A DNA stretch of 64,000 nt, from NCBI RefSeq assembly GCF_022539665.2, contig NC_081333.1:9424001-9488000 (forward strand). The letters are read 5' to 3'. Source of the stretch: Daphnia carinata. Its lineage: Eukaryota. Each line of letters begins with the position of its first letter. Within the stretch, counting starts at the first letter, position 1. The notes under the pieces are model-generated. The model ran no database searches and was not told the origin of the DNA. It was given only the letters and a program-made list of their open reading frames with translations. This document shows, one piece after another, positions 52,560 to 64,000 of this stretch. The position numbers and the translations under genes are program-made.

Positions 52560-54325
52560 TGTGATTTACATTCGAAATATAGGAGAATCACGAAAATTCA
52601 CTTTTTATTTTTCATAAGATAACAAATTTCTGAAATAAACGAAAAAATAGAAAAGTGTTGGCGCGCTAGTACGTTACAGCGCAGTCGTGCTACTGCACAA
52701 TATTCAATATATTTTAAAGAGCTGCGTTGACGAGAAAACGAATTATTTTCCTGAAATCAACGTTAAATTTAGAGTATAACGTGTAATTTATTATACAGTT
52801 CCAAGTGGTATATTTTTTTTTGCCAAACAGAGTTGTGCGCTAGCATGTTCTGGCGCTAACGTTCTACGTCTCATTTATTAGGTATATTTCCAAAGCAATT
52901 GATTTTACGAAAAAACGAATCATTTTTTCTGAATCGTCATTAAATTCTAACTATAATGTGTAATTTTTAACGTATTCCAAGAGATTTCGGTTTTTGGCTG
53001 ATTTTGACAAAAGTGAGAAGGCTATAGCCTTCCCACTTTTTCATTTTTGGCTAAATTTCTAATTTGGCTTAAAATATATGTTTTTGATGCAGAATTAAAT
53101 GCTAATCACGAAAATCAATTTTATTTTTATTTTAGCCTTATAGTTTATCAATTAAACCTAAACAACAAATAAAAATTTGTCGGGTAGCCCGACAAAATAA
53201 GCTCGACTTTTCCTATTTAAATATTATATCATTAAATCTAGATAAATATATATGATTTAGATTCAAAATTTAACAAGGAACACGAAAATGGACTTTGTTT
53301 TTATGTAGAATTTATGGTGTGGTAAAGAACTTTGATGTGTCTCGCTAGCGATTTCTTCCATTCGGTGACGTGCAACATGCTAAAACAGCACATTTTTTAG
53401 TTTATTTTGAAAACGGCTGGTTTAAGGAGGAAACAACCAACATAATCGAACTCAGCGTTCAATTCTGACTATGCCGTGTGATTTTTATCGAATTCCAAGA
53501 GATGTCGTTTTTTGCCGATTTTGACAAAAGTGGGAAGGCATAGCCTTCTCACTTTTTCATTTTTGACCAAATTTCAAATTTGGCTTAAAATATATGATTT
53601 TGGTGCAGAATTGAATGCTAATCACGAAAACCTAGTTTATTTTTCAATTAGCCTTATAGTTTTTGAATAAAGTCTAAAAAACTAAACGGTCGGGCTTATT
53701 CTGTCGGGCTTAAAATTTATATTTATTTTCTTATTAAAAAAATAACACCAATCAGTCTAGTTAACTAAGTATGACAAGGATTCAAAATTTAACAAGGAAC
53801 ATGGAAATGAACTTTGTTTTTATGCAGAGCGTATGGTTTTTGAGTAATTTAAAATATAAAAGTTGGTGCGATAGAAATGTTAAGCCCGACAAAATAAGCC
53901 CGACTTTTCCATAAATTTTGTATTTTTCCAAATCATCAATTTAGCAATGAACGCGTGTCATTAAGATTCGGAATCAATCAACGAGAAAAACGGAAATTGA
54001 CTTTCTGCTTTTCTTGAGATCGAAAGTTTTGGAAACAAACGGAAAAACCGTATTAATTGCTGGCGCGCCAGCACGATATAGCACAATCGTGCTAAAGTCC
54101 AATATTTAATGTATTTTAAAAACTGCTACTTTGACGAGAAAACGAATTATATTTCTGAAATCAGCGTTAAATTTTTAGTATAACGTGCAATTTATTATAC
54201 AATTCTAAGTGGTATATTTTTTTTGCCACATTGTTGGTCTTGAGAATAAGCCCGACAAAATACGCCCGACAAAATAAGCCCGACTTTTCCAAAAATTTTG
54301 TGTTTTTACAAAATCTATTTTTTTA
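52560..54325. mobile_element. Composite patch of the same modular non-autonomous repeat family
   Basis: Block A (GGCGCGC...GACGAGAAAACGAATTA...CCAAGTGGTATATTTTTTTTGCCA) at ~52657-52824 and ~54059-54228, with degenerate copies at ~52835 and ~53340. Block B (TTCCAAGAGAT...AAAAGTG.GAAGGC(TA)TAGCCTTC...) at ~52975-53320 and ~53491-53910. TAAGCCCGAC motifs occur in both orientations. Confidence 0.8.
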
Positions 54326-56846
54326 CAAAGGCTCTCATTGCCACCTAGTGAACTTAAAACCTTTCAGTAATCTTTAAGCCGGGCTTCAATAGCTTCATTT
54401 TCCCTATTTGATAAACATAGGTATGAAAACTTTATGTTGCCGTGTGGTCAACGATCGATTGCCGAGATTGCCGATCTCGTTCAACGTATTAATATCTGTA
54501 TTAATATGATACGATGTTTGTAATTTTTCATTTTGCCATCGAAAAATAAATTATCGTGTCATTTCGTTCTTAAGCCCATTGTTTTCGGACATTTTATCAA
54601 AAATTTGAACCAATGCAACATATACACGTTTGTGTCAGCTAACTAACTATTGAAAGTCTGACACTAGTCTGAATCGCATTCTTAAAACTGCGCCTTCGGG
54701 AATCTAGTTTTTGCTGTTTGCGCTTCCGCTGCCCATATATTGTCAAGTCACGGAATTGTGGGAGGGGCTGCCAAACAGCGAGGACAAATACTAATCAACC
54801 TGATTTGTTTCTGCGCCAAGAATGTATAAGCTGGGACCACGGGTTTAATGTGACCATTTGAACTAATGGCTAAAAGAAATTGGACGCCTTCCTCGCTCGG
54901 CAGTTTCTCATGTTTAGATTTTCCTTTCATATTTTTTTAGTTTTCTGGGGCTTCGACAATAGAAGAAAATACGCTGGCGAAAGAGAAAGAAAATCGTCAG
55001 TTTGGGACACTCGATAACTTTAATTTTGTTGTATTTGTTTTGTCAACATGGAACAAAATAAAATTCTGTTCGTAGGATTCTCTTCCAAACGAATGCATGC
55101 CTAAGCTGGATGGGTTTGGTGCCGGTCTAAGGTCGTGAAAATATTTGCTATGAAATGGTCTCGTTTGTATGATGATTCAAGCGACGCTTATGTGCATACA
55201 GAGAATGCTATAGACGTGTTCCATAGCGAACGTCGAGCTTCTGAAAGTTCTTGCGAACGGCGAGAGCAAGGACAAAAAACTAAAAGAAAATGGGCCAGAG
55301 GATGGCATCGCGGAAATGAAGAGGCTGTAAAGTACGAGCTGGGCTTGGAAAAAAAGCGCATAATGTCATGGAAGTGGTTGGAATTTTTTGTGTTGTCTTT
55401 GTTAGAAGTTGGGCTTCGTCTACTTGAAAATTTCCTTATTCCGCAACACATATTCCAGAACGACGTAGTGCAGCCGACGATCACATGCAAATTTGCGAAA
55501 GTACAAGGGCAAAATAGGGCGTGACACATGTGGCAAATGAAGAAAATTACGCAGGTAGCAAGTTTTTCATCTGATACTATCGATCTAGCCGTCGCCCTTC
55601 CTTCCTACGCCACATGAACGAAGGAGTGTCCGTGAACTTTATTATAACAAATTGAATACCTCAAAACAGTATCCTACAACGGTATAACACTATGTCAAAT
55701 TTTGTAACTATGTAATATTACACAAAAGCCAGCAAAAATCACTGTCGTCTCGCCATGTTCAGTTACAAAATTCACTTAATTACATCCACCTGAGATAAAC
55801 TATATATAGAGATAACTATATGACTACGCGACAATGGATAATAGCGTATGATTCGAACTTTATTCCAACAAAGTAACGCTCGTAAATTAGTGCGTAATTG
55901 CGCTGTCGACGTGGTTTCGAGGTGACATGTGATTTCAGAATAGTTGCATATCACGTCAAGTTTCTCACCTGAAACCAATTCTTTGTCTACGTCGAGCGGA
56001 AAATCAATGATGTAGTCAACAAACAGTCAAACACCATACCGAACGAGAAAGGGAACTTGTTTCAACGCCGCGGCAATAGCCCCATTTTTCAGCTCAGAAA
56101 CTATTGCCCATTATTTTGAATATTTTTTTCACTTGCATTTAAAGAACAGGTATACGGCAGGTATTTTAATCGTTTGTTTCACCTCTCTACTTGTTTTTAA
56201 GAATTAAAATATCAAATGATAACAATGCATGAGCCGGACATGTTGTCTTCTGCAGATGATGGTAATGATAAATGCAGCAGCCGGATATAGGGATCGTTAA
56301 CAAAGAGTAAGATAGAGACTACAGAAACATCTGGTACCTCACATCACAAACAGTAGATGAACGTAGACAAGCTAAATGGAGTAATGTAATCCTCGAGAGT
56401 GTTCATCCTTTCTGCCGATGAGATAAACATCTGTGTCAAGCCAAACGTAGAGGTAGAAACCCTTGATGATCCTCGTTGCCCTTAATGATATCTATGTCGA
56501 CGGAGGGGCGTCTATAGGGCATAGATATGCTTAGATAGGAGATCTGTTAGTCATTACACCGACATACTCACAGTGCCGCTCGATACAGCACGTCGTTGAA
56601 TTTCAAAATATTGTGCCGCGTTACCTTTAGCGAATCTTACGAATGTTCATCAACTATGCGTTAGATGGCATTTTCCGTTGCATTTATCTTGATCAATAGA
56701 TATAGTACTACAAAAAGTGAAAAATAGTTTTTACTGTTGATAACATAAAGGTAGAAAGAAGGCTCAGGTAACGCCTGGCCCGATTACACAGATGTATTAC
56801 GAACGGCGTACACGTATTTTGTAACACATTATTCGTAGCTATGAGA

Positions 56847-57060
56847 TGTTGTGGATCGCGAAATATTTGCAACGTGTCGAGTTGTGGTGTAGGTGTCGTA
56901 CGTGTACTATTGTCATAGGTGTAGCAGCGCTTATGTGTAATTTTAGGTATTGCGCTTTAGAAACATTGAGGCATATGGATAACACGGAGCCCTTGTTATA
57001 GCAGTAGATGAGAGTAGAGAAGTTGCTGTCCGATGAGATGAAGGTGAGTTCCCAATAACA
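56847..57060. mobile_element. Possible degenerate solo LTR
   Basis: 214-bp segment bounded by TGTTGTGG...CCAATAACA (imperfect inverted TG..CA ends). Short motifs CAGTAGATGA and CCGATGAGAT are shared with ~56350-56425. No clean target-site duplication. Confidence 0.25.
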
Positions 57061-60000
57061 TGATGACGTGACATATAAGGAAAGAATGGCGCAGTGGAGT
57101 GAACGGAGTAGAATGCAGGGCAGGGAAATCAGGAGGTGGCTGAAATTGAACACGGAACAACAGACAACAAGACAAGATTTATAACCAGCATTGTGCCAGC
57201 ACCGCACTCCCACCAAATATGCTTATCATTGTCGCTTATTCATAAACGATTACCTGTCATTGCTGTTTTGATAACTACACTGTGGTGGCGTCCTGCGATA
57301 GTATGGAGGCGTCATGACATTTTGCCGTGTTCGAGCCTTAACAACTCTACTTTTAATGCCGATTTCATCTGGGATCAACAGCCATATAAATGATCATGGT
57401 TCGATGATTGATAGCATGAGATAGAGTGCAACATCTAGAGTGTAATCCTATGTCGTCCTACTGCTTCCGCCAACGAGCGGTGAGCGTTGAGGTGACAGAG
57501 ATGTTAACATAGGGCTATTAGTTCCACTTCCGTATATGTTCATACCTGTCGAATTAACGTATCCATTTGTTGCGCGTAAAACGTCACATCTGACATTCAC
57601 GTATAGTGGTCCAGTAACCAAAAGCCTCTAGCCAATTGAGCTAGTGAATATAATTATTGTTGCAGTAATTAACCTATTGTCAATAATTCCTTCTATCTGC
57701 TGTTAATTGTTCTGTCAACACGTATTTCTTGTTTTAAACCGACTACAAGAATGATAAAAGATGTGTACATTGTATCGTTCCACCCTGTTGTTGTGTCTAA
57801 CGTAGAACCGGTGCCGAGTTTCAAACATGTTGGATGTCAAGCAAATGCAAGGATCGCAACGCACGCGAAATCAGATCGATACAAATATGCCTCTAGGACC
57901 CTGAGCATATTTTAATGAGTAATTGGCAGTGGTAAGCCTATTATTTTTCTTGCATATTACTACTTAGAGCGAACTATATTTAATTTGGTGTTCCGATAGA
58001 CCCCTCTCAATGCTCGAATGTATTTCAACCAACAACCCAAAACACATATTTGTTCGTCATATTGAATTCTACTGTAGATCCTTTCGCGGTTGAGTAAAAA
58101 AAACAACCGATAAAGAAGAACTAAGGAGATAAAGCTTTCAACATTTTGCCGGAGACGGTCGAAAAGCTTTGTTTATGAAGAAATGTACAAATCCGCGTTG
58201 TACAGGGCGTCCATCGCATTTTAAAATGGCAAATGCTGTAAGGTATGCTGAATTTTAACTGGGTTTTCTGTTAACACTGTTATGCTTTCAAGTAATTTCC
58301 TTCCAAGGATTTGTCCGACAGACTTTGCCCCCTGAATCATGAAGGGCTCTTTCCAAGAAAGTGTACACTGCTCTGAATGCCAACAGTAGCCTACCACATA
58401 CAAAATTGACAATTGGTGTCAGGAAAGCTCATAATTCTGTTGCTGAACCACTTATACTTTGCGTTCTAGTGGTCACACGACTGCATAAATATGACGTTTT
58501 ACTATTTTTGTTCTACAACGTAGAGCAGCTAAAACCTCGGTAGGAGCACGGAATAATTCTTTGACCGTGTGTTCGGTGACAGCCAGTTCTTGAACCCCAC
58601 CACGAAGGCAACGGAAGTGGGCAAGTCTTAGCGAGAAGACAAAATAATTACTTGTGGTTTGCCTAAGGGTACCCTCTATTTTGGGATTGCATTTATGCGC
58701 AAAAGCATTTCATGAATCCGGGTCCTTATTCGCAGGATATTAATGTTGGATGACTTGCTTTTCATAAATGCACTTGTTGTACATGTCTTGATTAGGTGAT
58801 TATGGGAAAAAGTCACAGTGTCATTCTTTTTTTCACAGAATTAGCTGCCATGTCGACAAACTCCCTGATTTTTCTGAGTAATGCTCTGCTAGGCGATAAG
58901 ATATTACGACGTTAATCTTATTTTTTGGTTATTTACATACAATGCCAACATTCATACACTGAGCATACTTGTGAATTAGCCAAAGAAATTATGCCAGTTG
59001 CTCTACATAAACAATAATAATTCTAAAAAATTCCTTTTCAAGTGTTCAACTCTGCACCTTGTTTATCAAAGCACGTAAGGATTGAGATCTAAGCATTGAT
59101 CTAAATTCAGCATATACTTCAAGAACAACGGATGGTAGTTTTTGCTTCATGGAACTGTAGATCAAAAGACTTGACGAGGTGATCGATACACGCGTGTCCC
59201 GGATAGAACGGCAGCCGTTCTCATCAGAGAATTAGACGTGCAACAACGAACCGTTTGATTACATGGTCTACTAAATAGATAAGTACAACTAGGCGGTGGA
59301 AAAAAGGGGCAAATGATGCCTCGCGAAACCAAAACAAAACACACACAAAAAAAGGGCGTTGATGGCGGATCGATTTCTAGGCATAGGTGTGTTTAATATT
59401 CTTTCCCCCTTTAGATACTCATTCTTGTTTTCATCATATAGCCGAAAGCTTCCGTATAACGATCCTTTTAGACTCTTTGACGGTGAAATCCGGCTGTCAT
59501 AAATGGTTTTCAAATTACAAACAAAATCCTCTATCGCGAGCTGTAAGGGCTTAAGACGATGCAATCAAGTATATAGCCAAATCAAAGTGATTTCAATCAC
59601 TGGTGGTAGGCTGATAATATTGACGGTATCGACGCAATTTTCTTTTGTTGTTTCGAAGAGAGGATCGACTTTTCCACCGCCAAAAGTAAAAGAGTGAGAC
59701 AGATAGGCACTACGAATGTCCCGAGAATCATCCGACCGTGTTTAGCTTTCCTTACGGTTGTCCCGGCATCCGAAAATGTCTGTCGTCCAATTTATATCAA
59801 ACAGGATTAAGTTTCTGTCGTCGCACAAGATGTTAAGCCTCTTCGTACAATAATCCCGTAGAACCACGTACAGAAAATCGTAGGGGAAAAGGGTGTGTGC
59901 AACTAAAAATGACCTTTTCTTGATGAAACAATCATTCATGTAAGTTAGTGGGGACCAGCAGTTCCAATGTCTCCCCTTGGCACACGCTGGTCAGTCACAT

Positions 60001-61048
60001 CCAAATGGTGCCCCATTCCCCCATGGTGAGAATGAAGATGAATCGCTGTTGCTGTAACGATTTCATGAGATGAGCTTTATCACGCACGCTGCTACTAGAT
60101 GACGTCCCCGTGAAGCACTAGTTTCATTCGAGCACTCGCACATTATTCACGTGTACAGTTACAATGAAGTTTTATTTTTTTTAAAGCATTACACGGTTAC
60201 ATTTATTTCCTTTAAATTGTAGTAGAATCCGTGACAAGTTTTGCCGAATAGTCTTTGTATTTGATATAGACTGCGACCGTCTCTTTGTTTGCATCTGAAA
60301 CGGATACAGAAGTGATCAACAATACAACAACCCAGCTGTTCTCCGCTAATCAGATTAATCTGTTTCGACCGTAAAGTGGCTTCGTTCTCCTTGGCAGCTT
60401 CATTGCCGCTGAACACCTATTTGGCTTCAAGTCGCTAGCCCTCTGCTGATCCGTTCCCATGACGACGCCAATGGTCGCCATGCATCTCCAACAACAGAAC
60501 GCAATTGATCAAATTGACTTTCTCCTAGTCCTGTTGGGTAGATATAGCATGCCTAGTAACCCTGCGTTCTGTATCCAACGACGCTTCAACTCTTACAGGG
60601 ATCTAGCGTTGCTGTAGTTTCCAATCGTCCAGAGCTGAAACGCAAGGCTTTTTAGTCAACTGCTATATGCACAGCGTGCGTGCATTCTAGTATGCCCCCG
60701 TTCCAAATCAAATGATCATTCCACGACATGTGCATGTACAGCAGAGTATGGTGTAGTTGGACAAAGGAATTTTGCCAGTAGAATGGGCCGGAATAAAACT
60801 AGTGCCCTTGCACGCTGAGGCGCCAACCTTCACGAATAGCTAAAATAATCCGTCAACGAAATAGCACGAACTCTATATGCACCCAAAGCAACATAGGTAA
60901 AGAGTGTGTCGACATATGAGGCGAAAAAGTTCGCTCCCCTTTCCGCGTTTTGGTATGCACAAGAACCTGTGTCTATACTATGTGACTGTTGGTTGGGTGG
61001 GGTAGGCGATCCGGAGGGTTCGGGAGCCGACTAAGAGTTGCCGTGCCT

Positions 61049-61082
61049 TCAGTCGAACGATCGACGCTCGCTAGAACGGTTG
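61049..61082 (+). promoter_or_regulatory. Inr + DPE core promoter of a gene whose coding part is not in the window
   Basis: TCAGTC at 61049-61054 (A+1 = 61051) with GGTTG (RGWYV) exactly at +28 to +32 (61078-61082). Candidate donors at ~61212 and ~61315 (AAG|GTAAAT) are followed by intron-like sequence. Confidence 0.55.
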
Positions 61083-64000
61083 CTACCACACTTCGTTCTT
61101 ACCGTTGCAGTTGGAGAGGCCAAGTTCGGCGCTTATTATATTCGTGTGGCTTTGAACTAGCGTGTGTTGTTTCAAGTGCTCCCTAGAAAAAAACAATCGT
61201 GATCTAAGAAGGTGATATAACTGCAGTCGATCAAACAGTTATTTCGATGGGCCAATCATGTCTCTGATCATCCTATTTCTGTGAAGAAAAAAGAAAGAGA
61301 ACATCCATCGCAAGGTAAATTTATGTCTAGACAGCGAAATTCCATGGATCTGAATGGTCCGCCTTTAGGATGTAATGCGCGTTTTAAATGAGTCATGAAC
61401 TCGTTTAGAATGATTGCAGGGACAGTAGCGTGCTGCATATGGAATGGGTCTGTTGGCACTCCACGTCTGCATGTTTGTCCTTTATTTCCGGAATTTTGTT
61501 CTGCGGTTTCATGCGCGTCACTCCTCCCGCCTTTCTATTTACACGAGCCGTTTTCTGAATCCTAAGTTTTCAGTCTGTACAAACACAAGAATGGGGAACC
61601 GCAGCGAGAAAAAAAAAAAAGAGGAACTTAAAACCATTTGTATAGCAAAAAAACGGAAGAAACGGACGCTTTTTGTGTGAATACGTTTGTCATCCGCGGG
61701 ATTCTGCTTTTACTGCGTTTCGCCGGAATATTATGTGAGCATCGCTCTATAAGTTTTACGCAAAGAAAAGCGTCAGCAGTTGAGGGTGGGGGGAAGAATA
61801 AAGAATTTCCGATTCTCTTTCTTTTGCTCTTTGCGTAAGTAGTAGTTACTTAGAGCGAACGTCATCGAGTTGGGTTTTTTTTTTTTTTAGACCCACCAAA
61901 AAACTACAACACCCAATTCCGGATTCTTTGGTGAAATGAAAGAGGAATGGGTGAGAGGTCGTGACAAGGGAAACATACTTCAACTGCCGGTGCCGTCCTC
62001 GACGGAACGAATGGCGGGTACAACACTACTACTCGATTGCGCAATTCCCTTGCTAGCAATCTGCTTTTCTGGAACATTCACTTCGTGTGTTTTCCTCGCT
62101 CTGTTCCGACGTTGTCCTATATGAGGAGAACAAAATCAAACAAGCAACAGGGGAGAAAAATCTTTTTTTAAGTTGCCCTTTTTTGTTTTCCCCAAGTGAT
62201 ACGGAAGTCTATCTGTAGTGAGGCTGTCATCTTCCGCCTTTCCGCAACGTAGTCCAGTCAACATGCTGACCGGGAGTCAAAAAGAAACAGTGGACTGGTG
62301 TGTGTCAAACGAGCTCATGAAAGGTATAATGAAAAAAAGTGAAAATAGACGATCGGAGTAGAGAAAAAGCTGGTAAGAGAAGGTGAGACATACAGCTCCA
62401 TTCAGAAGTGGCTCATCGACGTAGCCCTTTGGGATGGAAAGGGACACGTTTTCCCGAAATTGCTTAGCAACCTCCACGGTGTCTTTCTCCCTTCTTTATC
62501 TTCGTTCATGTGTAAACCGTATCCTTATATTTTTCAACCCATCTGTTCACCTCTGCTGGGTCCCAGACGCGTTGCCCGTTTCCATATTCCTCTTTTGCTC
62601 GCTTTGAAGTGCAGTCATATTTCGCGTTGCGTCCAATTCCACTGGTTCCGCATGAACACGTGAAACGACAGAACCAGAAGAGAAAACAGAAACTCCTCAA
62701 AGAGAAATGAATTCTTTATCCTACTGGAAAAACGTCACAAACAGAGAGATTATAATGATGCGGGGGAAGGACCCTGCTGCTTTTTTCGCCCTGACTGCAC
62801 CATTTGACTATGGGAAAAGCTATTTTTAAAACGAACTATTCGCTTACAAAGCGCAACATTGAAAATAGATTTCCCGTGGATCAGCTGTGAAATTTAAAAC
62901 AAAGCAGAAATTCTAGGATTGCATTTTACTGCGATGCACTGGACCATGTTGAAATTGATGATTCTGTTTTGATGAATCATCATGAATGTATCGACCGCCT
63001 ACGATGATCAGCAAAGCTGAACAAAGTGTTCCCACTCGGCGGAACCCAGATGGGAACAAAGCGTAACAGCAACATCTCGCCCTAAGGTTTTTAAAGAAGA
63101 ACCAAAACATAAAAAGAAAAGAAGAAGAGACTAGACGTGGCTACAGGCATACGTAACTCAGGGGAACCAACGACAACGACTAGAACAGGAGCTCAAAAGA
63201 ACTTTTTGCATAATTTTAGGAATCGAATCCCAAGTGCTGTGTACAGAGATAGCTTGTACAGGCGACACCCTCGTCATCCAAGCGACCTTAACATACAGTC
63301 TTTTATACGTACGTGTACAGTGAAAATGGGGGCAAAAAGATACACTACAAATTTTTTTAAGAAAACAAATTCTGATTCAAGAGGGACGCTGTGTGCATGG
63401 GCAGTCATGCTCGTATAGAGCTAGTCAGCATATAGAAACGCAGATGGGGGTGGGGGAGTTCGAGGCCGATCGATGCACACATATATGAAAAGTCTTCTTT
63501 TTATTTTTCAAGGAAATATCGCCCTTAGTTTCTTCATCACTTTCTCGCCATCTTGCTTTGTTCTTCATTTCTTTTCTTCCATCTGTTTATATATTGAGGA
63601 AAAGAAGGGGAGCCCTTCGTTATGCGCTTGGTTTAACTTCCTCGACATCTTACTGCCATTTCCGACTCAACGGCTGCCATTACCATTTAGGTCCACGCCA
63701 TCCAACCAGCGTTATACTTTGCTCTCCCTTTTTCTTCTTAATCCCAACTGCTTTTGCTGTGCCTTTCCACGCTCCTGCTGAATTAAACGACAGGCACGCC
63801 CATCTACCCTACAAAGAAAGGCTGAACATGTTCCTCGATGGAGTGTTGATACTTTTTTTCTTTTGGAATGAAATTCGGTTACAGAAATTAAGTTTTGGTT
63901 GAATGAAGATATGGTACGTTAATAATTGGATGCGAACTTGACTCTTTTCTTTGTGGAGTACGTTATTGTTTGGCTGCAGTCCTCACGGTTGAACGAGACG

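Noticed and set aside
2990..54325. One giant transposon with the two repeat patches as its ends
   Set aside because: Modules are in mixed orientation, no transposase is seen, and the interval holds ordinary housekeeping genes.
55135..55529. Overlapping 129-aa and 113-aa ORFs
   Set aside because: No recognisable motif or supporting exon chain; probably chance or a decayed element.

Overview
Eukaryotic, AT-rich genomic DNA with very short (about 60-85 bp) GT-AG introns and many poly(A/T) tracts and microsatellites. This architecture resembles a Daphnia-type crustacean (inference). Six spliced protein-coding genes can be read. (1) A minus-strand secreted proprotein running off the left edge, whose long second exon is absent from the ORF track; it carries two copies of an unrecognised ~112-aa domain. 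(2) ORC4. (3) A FAM189/ENTREP-like four-pass membrane protein with a motif-rich tail. (4) A SEC23IP/DDHD phospholipase A1. (5) A small type-I membrane protein resembling the C-terminus of VWA7-like proteins. (6) A compact huntingtin without polyQ. The window also holds a probable spliced non-coding transcript head-to-head with ORC4, two patches of one modular non-autonomous repeat family (about 3.0-3.8 kb and 52.6-54.3 kb), a possible LTR relic, and an Inr+DPE core promoter near 61.05 kb. No rRNA, tRNA, CRISPR or prokaryote-type system was seen. The most novel-looking item is the repeated-domain secreted protein at 1-1739.
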